Shown here: one piece after another, positions 1 through 6,042 of the stretch
Position numbering within the stretch: position 1 is the first letter of the stretch
How the letters are laid out: each line of letters starts with the position of its first letter
Origin: an uncultured Candidatus Saccharibacteria bacterium
Lineage (GTDB): Bacteria; Patescibacteriota; Minisyncoccia; Phycocordibacterales; CAIZLB01
Assembly (NCBI GenBank): GCA_964467385.1
Contig: CAYXQC010000004.1
Coordinates: forward strand, 9,429-73,428
Length of the DNA stretch: 64,000 bases
Direction of reading: 5' to 3'
Program-made: the position numbers and the translations under genes
The notes under the pieces: model-generated
Database searches by the model: none
Told to the model about the DNA's origin: nothing
The model's input: the letters and a program-made list of their open reading frames with translations, nothing else

Positions 1-18
1 GGCGTAAGCATGGACCAT

Positions 19-280
19 GCGGCGAGGATCTGGATTCCTCAAAAGTTGTCCTCCCACTTAGACTCACTTCTTCTTCTTGGTGGCCATCATTTGTTCTCTA
101 GGAAATAGGGTCCTCGTCGCAAACTCAGACATCCACATCTTTCGAGCGGAAAGTCCGCTCATCGTTCATTCATTAGATCTTTTTGACCTTCGGGTCAATG
201 GTCGATATATCGACAAACATATCTGGCAAGTAGCCACATAGTATCGCAAATCCGCAGAGCAATTCGCACTGTGGATTTTT
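19..280 (+). other. Structured non-coding region, possibly the 3' part of a transcript starting upstream of the window, ending in a terminator
   Basis: GCGGCGAGGATCT (19-31) pairs with 108-120; hairpin GAGCGGA/TCCGCTC (144-160); TTGACC-TTCG-GGTCAA cUUCGg hairpin (183-198); 14-bp palindrome at 201-214; terminator-like hairpin plus U-run at 248-282. Confidence 0.45.
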
Positions 281-320
281 TCTTTTAAAAAATTCTTATC
301 GACCTGTATAATCAAATGAT

Positions 321-1529
321 ATGGCACTTATACAAGTTGGTGTTGTGCGCGGTGGACCTACTGCAGAATACGATGTGTCGCTTCGCACTGGGCAGCACAT
401 TTTGAACATGCTTGCTAAAGAGCCACTGGCTTCTAACTACAAAGGAAAAGATATTCTGATCGACCAAGAAGGTGTGTGGCATATGGATGGAATCCCCCAG
501 ACGCCAGATGCTATTTTGCGTGGTGTTGATGTTGTTTTTAATGCAACTAAAGGAAATTTTGAAAAAGGTAGTCCACTTCAGCGAATTCTTGAGTCATTTA
601 AAGTGCCATTTGTGGGAACTGAAACTCTAGGTTCAGCTTTGACTAAAAATAAAGTATTGTCGAAAGAACATTTTAAAAAGCAGGGTATTAAAACGCCATA
701 CTACAAGGAACTCAACCTGCCGCTTGGTGGAGATTTGAATCCTGTAGCCCTTGATCTGTTTAGAACTTTTCCAATGCCAGTTATTGTGAAGCCTGTAGGA
801 AAAGGTTCCTCTCTTGGTGTTTCTTTTGCCTCAAATTTTGAGGAATTGATTGAGGCTTTGAAGCATGCGCGCGGATTTTCCGAAGAAGTGTTGGTCGAGG
901 AGTATCTTACTGGTAAAGAAATTATTTCGGGCTTCATCGATGATTTCCGTGGCAAGGACTTGTATCATATGTTTCCTGTGGAAATTAAGCCGCATGAAAG
1001 GGAGGACTTTTTGAGTACCACTTTGCCGAATACTCTAAAAAGTGATGCCGTAAATGCAAACATGAGCACTAACCCTGAAGTGCAAGGTGACGCCCTGGTT
1101 TCTGGTGCTGTAAAAGTCGACGATTTATCTGAAAGTGAAAAAGCTTTGATCGCTCCGCTTAATGAGCTCGCAACTTCAAGTGTGACAAATGTTACAAATT
1201 CACCTAAGAAAAAACGACACTCAATATTTGACTGGGTCGGTAAACATGCAGGTTTGTATGATCACAGTTCTCCTGCGAATCTAACAAGTAAAGAAAAAAA
1301 GACTATTGAAGAGGCTGTCGCCAAAATTAAAGAAACTCTTGGTTTGCGACATTTTGCAACGGCTGATTTTATCGTGCATCCAAAGCGGGGAGTGTATTTG
1401 TTGGAGATAAACACTGACCCGAGCCTCCATGAACATGCACCTGTTTACAAGGCACTCGATGCTGCTGGAATAAAGCATCACGAGTTTTTTGACCACCTGA
1501 TAAGGCTTGCTCTTGGAGGCAAGAAATAG
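321..1529 (+). CDS. ddl: D-alanine--D-alanine ligase-like ATP-grasp protein with degenerate active site and ~70-aa insertion
   Basis: GGPTAEYDVSLRTG, VIVKPVGKGSSLGV, VEEYLTGKE, YLLEINTDP motifs. Confidence 0.8.
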   Translation: MALIQVGVVRGGPTAEYDVSLRTGQHILNMLAKEPLASNYKGKDILIDQEGVWHMDGIPQTPDAILRGVDVVFNATKGNFEKGSPLQRILESFKVPFVGTETLGSALTKNKVLSKEHFKKQGIKTPYYKELNLPLGGDLNPVALDLFRTFPMPVIVKPVGKGSSLGVSFASNFEELIEALKHARGFSEEVLVEEYLTGKEIISGFIDDFRGKDLYHMFPVEIKPHEREDFLSTTLPNTLKSDAVNANMSTNPEVQGDALVSGAVKVDDLSESEKALIAPLNELATSSVTNVTNSPKKKRHSIFDWVGKHAGLYDHSSPANLTSKEKKTIEEAVAKIKETLGLRHFATADFIVHPKRGVYLLEINTDPSLHEHAPVYKALDAAGIKHHEFFDHLIRLALGGKK

Positions 1530-1608
1530 TAATATGTTTCGTAACGGTTTTTAGCCGTTTTTGTTTCTATAAAGAAGAGGCAAAAAACTAAAATCTCAAA
1601 ATAAATAA

Positions 1609-1681
1609 GGGCCCGTAGCTTAGTTGGTAGAGCGCCTCATTTGCACTGAGGAGGTCAGCGGTTCGAATCCGCTCGGGTCCA
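1609..1681 (+). tRNA. tRNA-Ala(TGC), CCA not encoded
   Basis: Acceptor stem GGGCCCG/CGGGTCC with G3:U70 pair, anticodon arm CCTCA-TTTGCAC-TGAGG, T loop GTTCGAATC. Confidence 0.97.
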
Positions 1682-1726
1682 CAAAAACAAAGCACCCCAT
1701 CGTAAGATGGTGGTGTTTTGTTTTTG
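1682..1726 (+). terminator. Hairpin/terminator after tRNA-Ala
   Basis: CAAAAACAAAGCACC-CCATC GTAA GATGG-GGTGTTTTGTTTTTG inverted repeat. Confidence 0.7.
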
Positions 1727-1737
1727 CATACTAAGAA

Positions 1738-1884
1738 GCAAGCCGACTGCTCGGCTTGCGTGCGGATTCGAAAGGGTTCTCCTATATTTTCGAACGAATG
1801 CTTTTGCGACTTTAGCCAAGCATACGTGAGAAAATGGGAAACCCGTACTGCGCCTGTAAGGCGAGAAATTCCGCTCGGGTCCAC
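1738..1884. repeat. tRNA-associated structured element ending in a 15-bp duplicate of the tRNA 3' end
   Basis: TCCGCTCGGGTCCAC at 1668-1682 and 1870-1884; hairpin GCAAGCCGA/TCGGCTTGC at 1738-1759; GCGGATTCGAA at 1762-1772 is the reverse complement of T-arm 1662-1672; long hairpin at ~1774-1844. Confidence 0.75.
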
Positions 1885-1890
1885 TCGATA

Positions 1891-1919
1891 TTGACTACTG
1901 TAAGAACGTATAGTACTAT
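1891..1919 (+). promoter_or_regulatory. sigma70 promoter, cassette A
   Basis: TTGACT-N17-TACTAT; near-identical copy at 3895-3923. Confidence 0.8.
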
Positions 1920-1945
1920 CCGTGCGATGTGTTCTTTTAATTTGG

Positions 1946-2026
1946 TTGAGTTTGGAAGAAAGGTCATAACTTCCACACTGGTTTTCTGATTGGAAACTGG
2001 GGTTGTGATCCTTCCACTGAACTCAA
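1946..2026 (+). promoter_or_regulatory. Long hairpin 5' leader, cassette A
   Basis: TTGAGTT/AACTCAA, TGGAAG/CTTCCA, GGTCATAAC/GTTGTGATC; homologous copy at 4851-4930. Confidence 0.65.
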
Positions 2027-2289
2027 ATGCCAGAACCCTTTAAAAAATCAGGAGAAAAAATCCTTGATGACGCTGCAATTCATTTCACCGTCAATGACGT
2101 AAAATATCGTGTCAGAGCGAGTGCTTTTTTACAGATTTGATTCTTTTACCAGATGGGAAATACATGGTTGTAAATGAGTGGACTAGAGGCAACCCTCTCA
2201 AGCCAACCAAGTGGAAGCTTCTAGATGAAGTACCCAGTGACATGAGTCACCTCGAAGTCTATATTGCTGAGCAGTATGAATGGGAATAG
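2027..2289 (+). pseudogene. Cassette A hypothetical protein, ~87 aa if a -1 frameshift at the T6 run is allowed
   Basis: ATG 2027 (MPEPFKKSGEKILDDAAIHFTVNDVKYRV..) stops at TGA 2138-2140; the -1 frame continues TDLILLPDGKYMVVNEW...QYEWE to TAG ending 2289, just before the terminator region. Confidence 0.6.
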
Positions 2290-2357
2290 GGTGATTACTA
2301 AGATTTGTCCCCGTTCTGTAAACTGAATGGAGAGCCTAGAGAAAGCAGAGTCTCAAC

Positions 2358-2390
2358 AAGAGCCCCGAGCACAAGCGGAGGGTTCTTTTT
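2358..2390 (+). terminator. Intrinsic terminator, cassette A
   Basis: AAGAGCCC/GGGTTCTT stem plus T run. Confidence 0.65.
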
Positions 2391-2466
2391 AATTTAAAAT
2401 TCTCCTCAAAACCACCAACTCCTTTACAACTTGGTTCAGAAAAATGAAAGAGAAGTCCACTCGCAT
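2389..2466 (-). repeat. att arm 1; antisense peptide MRVDFSFIFLNQVVKELVVLRRILN
   Basis: Gap-free homology with arms at 2872-2946, 4698-4796 and 5321-5392; includes core GTCCAC 2455-2460. Confidence 0.7.
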
Positions 2467-2518
2467 TGACTTTCTGTATAAATATGGCAATATATAGAAA
2501 GGGAACGAGGTGATTTAA

Positions 2519-2761
2519 ATGAATATCACCGTTACAGAACTGGAAGGCAAATTCGCTTTCTTGTTGTTGAAAAAAGTGATAAAAGAGAAAGATTCGTTGA
2601 GGAAACATAAGCCCAACGAAATCAAGCGCGAAGTAGTTAAGGTCGCGGAGGAACTCGGGGTTAAACCTGAAGACCTCTATTCTCTCTACCGCCGTATCGT
2701 CAACGAGCTAGTCGAGGAAGCTCGTCTTCCAGAAAAAATGGACTTCACCAAGCAAGGCTAG
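2519..2761 (+). CDS. Cassette B small helical hypothetical protein (possible HTH-like)
   Basis: 80-aa ORF, SD GAGGTG at 2507-2512, TTGACT at 2466-2471, own terminator. Confidence 0.75.
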   Translation: MNITVTELEGKFAFLLLKKVIKEKDSLRKHKPNEIKREVVKVAEELGVKPEDLYSLYRRIVNELVEEARLPEKMDFTKQG

Positions 2762-2845
2762 GCACCACGCCTACTAAAAGGGTAATTGCTCCTCCCACAC
2801 CAATGTGGCAAGGGCAGAACAAGAACCTCTCCTCCTTGGAGTCCA

Positions 2846-2873
2846 GAAGCCGCATCAGTAATGGTGCGGCTTC
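2846..2873 (+). terminator. Terminator hairpin, cassette B
   Basis: GAAGCCGCATCA-GTAA-TGGTGCGGCTTC. Confidence 0.7.
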
Positions 2874-2946
2874 ACTCTTTTAATATTTCACATAAATAAA
2901 CTAAATCTTTTGCAATTTGGTTTATAAAAATAATACTGAAGTCCAC
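2872..2946 (-). repeat. att arm 2; antisense peptide VDFSIIFINQIAKDLVYLCEILKE
   Basis: Same register and core (GTCCAC 2941-2946) as the other arms. Confidence 0.7.
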
Positions 2947-2949
2947 AAC

Positions 2950-3888
2950 CTCAATCATGCACCACATCTGCAACCTCGATATATACTTGAGGAATGAGAC
3001 ATTCAATACGAGATATATTAATTGAATTACGAAAGCAAAAAGGAAACTGTGCAAAAACAGCAAGAAGACTCGGAATACATAAAAGCACTGTGAGTAGATG
3101 GAAAAAGCGATCACAAAGAGGTGGTCGCTTTTTAGTTAATCAAATCAAGAGAGAATCAACGAGGCCTACCAATATTAAATATGTTCTCACAGAAAGAGAA
3201 GAGACAGATATCATCAAACTACGAGAAAGGAGGAAGTGTACAGCAGAGAAGATTAAATATATCCTTAAGCTTAAGGTGTCGGTAAGCACCATACAGAGAT
3301 TTTTAATACGAGTTGGTCTCATTGAACAGGAAGGATATCGTCGAAGACCTAAATTTCAAAATACCATACATATGCATGCAAAAAACGTTACTACAGTTGG
3401 ATACCTTCAAATGGATGTGAAAGTAGTTACTCCAGAGCTCTCAGGGCTACCTTGGACTTGTTTTGAGTATGCAGTCATTGATATTTACTCAAGATGGAAA
3501 GACGCTGTGATATTGAATCAGTTAGATCAAGATGGTTCCATCGGTGCACTCCTTGAGATATTACCGCGTCTTCCATTCAAACCTGTATTCATACAAACAG
3601 ACAACGGACTTGAGTTCCAACAGAAGTTTAAGAAGTTCCTAGATGGGTGGAATCTTAAACACCATCATATTCACAAATCTACTCCTAACGAGAATGCAGT
3701 GATTGAGAGATCCTTCCGAACCGATGAAGAAGAATTTTACTTTAGAATTGAACATCGACCTAAACACTACGACGAGCTTCGTGACCTTCTCAAAGACTTC
3801 CTGTACTACTACAACCATGAGAGACCACATTTGGGTATTAACATGAAAACACCAGCTGAAATGGTTGCAGATGTGGTGCATGATTGAG
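2950..3888 (+). mobile_element. IS481-family insertion sequence
   Basis: Perfect 26-bp terminal inverted repeats (2950-2975 and 3863-3888) around one transposase ORF. Confidence 0.9.
2994..3887 (+). CDS. IS481-family DDE transposase (HTH + rve integrase core)
   Basis: TARRLGIHKSTVSRW HTH; LQMDVK, IQTDNGLEF, NAVIERSFRT, YYNHERPHLGI motifs. Confidence 0.92.
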   Translation: MRHSIRDILIELRKQKGNCAKTARRLGIHKSTVSRWKKRSQRGGRFLVNQIKRESTRPTNIKYVLTEREETDIIKLRERRKCTAEKIKYILKLKVSVSTIQRFLIRVGLIEQEGYRRRPKFQNTIHMHAKNVTTVGYLQMDVKVVTPELSGLPWTCFEYAVIDIYSRWKDAVILNQLDQDGSIGALLEILPRLPFKPVFIQTDNGLEFQQKFKKFLDGWNLKHHHIHKSTPNENAVIERSFRTDEEEFYFRIEHRPKHYDELRDLLKDFLYYYNHERPHLGINMKTPAEMVADVVHD

Positions 3889-3894
3889 ACGATA

Positions 3895-3923
3895 TTGACT
3901 ACTGTAAGAACGTATTGTACTAT
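3895..3923 (+). promoter_or_regulatory. sigma70 promoter, cassette C
   Basis: TTGACT-N17-TACTAT; 3891-3931 differs from 1887-1927 at one position. Confidence 0.8.
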
Positions 3924-3946
3924 CCGTGCGACACGTTCTTTATATA

Positions 3947-4022
3947 GTTTGGGTTTAGAAATAGAGCCTTAAGAATCGCAGCCGACCTGCGATGCACTTA
4001 AAGTTCTTAACTCAACCCAAAC
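3947..4022 (+). promoter_or_regulatory. Long hairpin 5' leader, cassette C
   Basis: GTTTGGGTT/AACCCAAAC, AGAGC/GTTCT, TAAG/CTTA, ATCGCAG/CTGCGAT. Confidence 0.65.
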
Positions 4023-4038
4023 AAAACAGCAACCTACC

Positions 4039-4551
4039 ATGACCGAACTACCTCCACCTCCCAGTGTTATCTACCTCTACCCATACACGATCCCTGTAGA
4101 TACTCTTCAGGCTTCGCGAGAGGGTTGGGTTCAAGTGCTTGCGGACCTTCAGGTTGAACGTGGTGACTCTTTCATTCTTCAGCCTGGCTACAGCATATCG
4201 CTAGCTATCAAGGACCTCGAAGTTGGTATCCTTATCACCGAGGATAACCCAGGCAAGGAATACCACGAGCTCAGCCTATTCCTCTTCGAGTTCGACCTGA
4301 GTTCGCTTGGCGACTTTTTTGTCCCGGCCACGGCGCTTTACACGTATGACGATGGGGCAAACTATGTCACCAGTGTCATTGAACACGTAATCACCGAGCA
4401 CTGGAAACCGCGCGTATTTACTCGTGCTGTTGCCGGCAATGAAACCGTAATCGAGGTTGTCCTTGAAGTTACACATGTTGGTGCAGGTGCGCCAATTGAA
4501 TACGTCGAACGTCTTGATCTGCTGAGCTTCGCAGCTTACGCAGGTGACTAG
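4039..4551 (+). CDS. Cassette C hypothetical protein (acidic, 170 aa)
   Basis: ORF lies between promoter/leader and terminator; no family recognised. Confidence 0.7.
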   Translation: MTELPPPPSVIYLYPYTIPVDTLQASREGWVQVLADLQVERGDSFILQPGYSISLAIKDLEVGILITEDNPGKEYHELSLFLFEFDLSSLGDFFVPATALYTYDDGANYVTSVIEHVITEHWKPRVFTRAVAGNETVIEVVLEVTHVGAGAPIEYVERLDLLSFAAYAGD

Positions 4552-4563
4552 TTTCGAGCCAAA

Positions 4564-4621
4564 AAAACCACCACCTCAAACACAGGGCCACTGTCGCAAG
4601 GTAGTGGTTTTCTGTTTTTTT
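4564..4621 (+). terminator. Terminator, cassette C
   Basis: AAAACCACCACCT/AGGTAGTGGTTTT plus T run. Confidence 0.65.
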
Positions 4622-4697
4622 AATTTCTTACCTTTAAATACGAAAATATACATAGTTCTAATACACACTGGTAGTAAGAACAAAGCTCAATACATCC

Positions 4698-4796
4698 CTA
4701 CTCAACTTCCTCTTTCTCAGCCTTGAGTATATAAGCCAGCACTTGCAACTCCTTAACCATTTGGTTCCATATTTGAGGCGGGAAGTCCACTCGCAT
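4698..4796 (-). repeat. att arm 3; antisense peptide MRVDFPPQIWNQMVKELQVLAYILKAEKEEVE
   Basis: Same register as the other arms; core GTCCAC 4785-4790. Confidence 0.7.
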
Positions 4797-4824
4797 TGAC
4801 GAACAAAAGAATATATTGTACTAT
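4796..4824 (+). promoter_or_regulatory. sigma70 promoter, cassette D
   Basis: TTGACG-N17-TACTAT followed by CCGTGC, as in cassettes A and C. Confidence 0.8.
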
Positions 4825-4932
4825 CCGTGCAGTATGTTCTTTTAAATTGTTTGAGTTTGGAAGAAAGGTCAGAACTTTTTACCAGTGTTGCTCTGCGAAA
4901 CTGGGGTTGTGACTCTTCCACTAAACTTAATC

Positions 4933-5241
4933 ATGAACAGATTATTGAAGAAGATATTGCGAATGGGCAACCTAGAGCAGTGCACTGAAACGGATATTGA
5001 AGAGGTGATTGCGAGAGGCGCAATAACAACAAAGCAGAAAGAGGTGCTATTTGGAGTGTATAGAACTCACCTTTCGTATGATTCGATTGCGATGAAGGTT
5101 GGCTGCACACCCCTGGGAGCACGTCGAATCGCAAGAAAAACATTTTTAAAGCTGGAGTATGCACTTGCAAGTCGTGCCACAGATCGTTTTATCGACCACC
5201 AAATCATCTGCGGTGTGGCAGCTGCAGCCGCTGGTTGTTGA
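4933..5241 (+). CDS. Cassette D sigma70 region-4-like HTH protein (102 aa)
   Basis: ITTKQKEVL..LSYDSIAMKVGCTPLGARRIARKTFLKL pattern; ATG 4933 follows the leader hairpin. Confidence 0.65.
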   Translation: MNRLLKKILRMGNLEQCTETDIEEVIARGAITTKQKEVLFGVYRTHLSYDSIAMKVGCTPLGARRIARKTFLKLEYALASRATDRFIDHQIICGVAAAAAGC

Positions 5242-5274
5242 TAGCTACCCCTTTTTGTTTTTTTATCCAACTCT

Positions 5275-5320
5275 CCCTACAACAAGGAGTCACACGACTC
5301 ATGATGTGGGGCTTTTTGTT
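5275..5320 (+). terminator. Terminator, cassette D
   Basis: CCCTACA..GAGTC-ACAC-GACTC..TGTGGGG plus T run. Confidence 0.55.
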
Positions 5321-5392
5321 TTATTTAAAAATCTCTTTTAATCATTGCAACTCCCTCATAATCTGGTTCAGAAAAATAAAAGGGAAGTCCGT
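5321..5392 (-). repeat. att arm 4 (degenerate); antisense TDFPFIFLNQIMRELQ*LKEIFK
   Basis: Homologous to arm 1; core GTCCGT 5387-5392; internal TGA. Confidence 0.65.
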
Positions 5393-5484
5393 AGAGTATT
5401 AGCAAATAACACGTAATGTGGTATTTTGTTTTTAGGTTATCGATTCACGATACCGTTCAATACAAAAAAGAAAGGAACCTGCTC

Positions 5485-5784
5485 ATGAGCTTTTCATTGC
5501 TTAGTAAGTTTTACGCCCGTCCGGAGCTTTTCCGGAAAAACCAACCCGTCTATCTTCGTAAGTCTGATGAAGAGGCTGACGAAGATTCCCGTAGAAAACT
5601 TTCTCATCTGCGGGAGCAGATCGGTAGCGGACCGTTTCGTGTGCTTCGGATCACGGACACACCCTCCTCGAAAGCTGCACCTCAATGCGTCACGCTTGCT
5701 GACACAGGAAGTGATGCTCCTCTGCGAACCGAGGATGGACCACTGGAACTCAGCGGCTACTATCTGTCGTCGGATCCGCAGTAA
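5485..5784 (+). CDS. Hypothetical protein (99 aa), self-contained unit E
   Basis: SD AAAGGA; promoter TTAGCA-N17-TATTTT with TG (5399-5427); terminator at 5801-5847. Confidence 0.7.
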   Translation: MSFSLLSKFYARPELFRKNQPVYLRKSDEEADEDSRRKLSHLREQIGSGPFRVLRITDTPSSKAAPQCVTLADTGSDAPLRTEDGPLELSGYYLSSDPQ

Positions 5785-5956
5785 GTCCAACTTGGTCGTC
5801 GCCCACTAACTCAGCACAGGAACCCCTGTCGTGAGATAGTGGGTTTTCTATTTTTATGTTACCAACAAATATCTCTGAACACTTTTCCAGATTTCGCATC
5901 TGTAAGGTTGAAATACGCAATTGGGTGATTCAAAAGTCTTGAACCATTACGGGGTA

Positions 5957-5985
5957 TTGACTAGTGTAATATAACGTGATACTAA
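5957..5985 (+). promoter_or_regulatory. sigma70 promoter, unit F
   Basis: TTGACT-N17-TACTAA with extended TG; GTTCTTTT follows at 5993. Confidence 0.7.
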
Positions 5986-6042
5986 TTGTAACGTTCTTTT
6001 ACATCTGAAAATCAATTCAAACGACAACTCAAAAAAACAGTC

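Larger units (their letters stand above)
1879..5392. mobile_element. Tandem array of four att-delimited single-gene cassettes at tRNA-Ala, with an IS481 at one junction
   Basis: GTCCAC cores at 1879, 2455, 2941, 4785 and GTCCGT at 5387; conserved ~70-bp arm left of four cores; promoter just right of each core (displaced by the IS at 2941). Confidence 0.7.

Noticed and set aside
1588-1884. 98-aa minus-strand ORF
   Set aside because: Runs antisense through tRNA-Ala and the hairpin element; shadow ORF.
5342-5344. In-frame TGA in arm 4 as a sign of genetic code 25 (TGA=Gly)
   Set aside because: TGA ends clear genes here (transposase, ECF sigma, kinase at 59244) and I noticed no in-frame TGA in the long core ORFs, so code 11 applies.
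1879-5392. CRISPR array or classical integron interpretation of the repeats
   Set aside because: Repeats are degenerate and separated by whole genes. There are no cas genes, no IntI tyrosine recombinase and no RYYYAAC/GTTRRRY attC boxes.
5850-5955. Possible sixth att arm between units E and F (AAAAGTCTTG at ~5932-5941)
   Set aside because: Only GAC TTT (DF) matches. There is no GTCCAC core, no NQ..KEL peptide and no GGTTC at -22.
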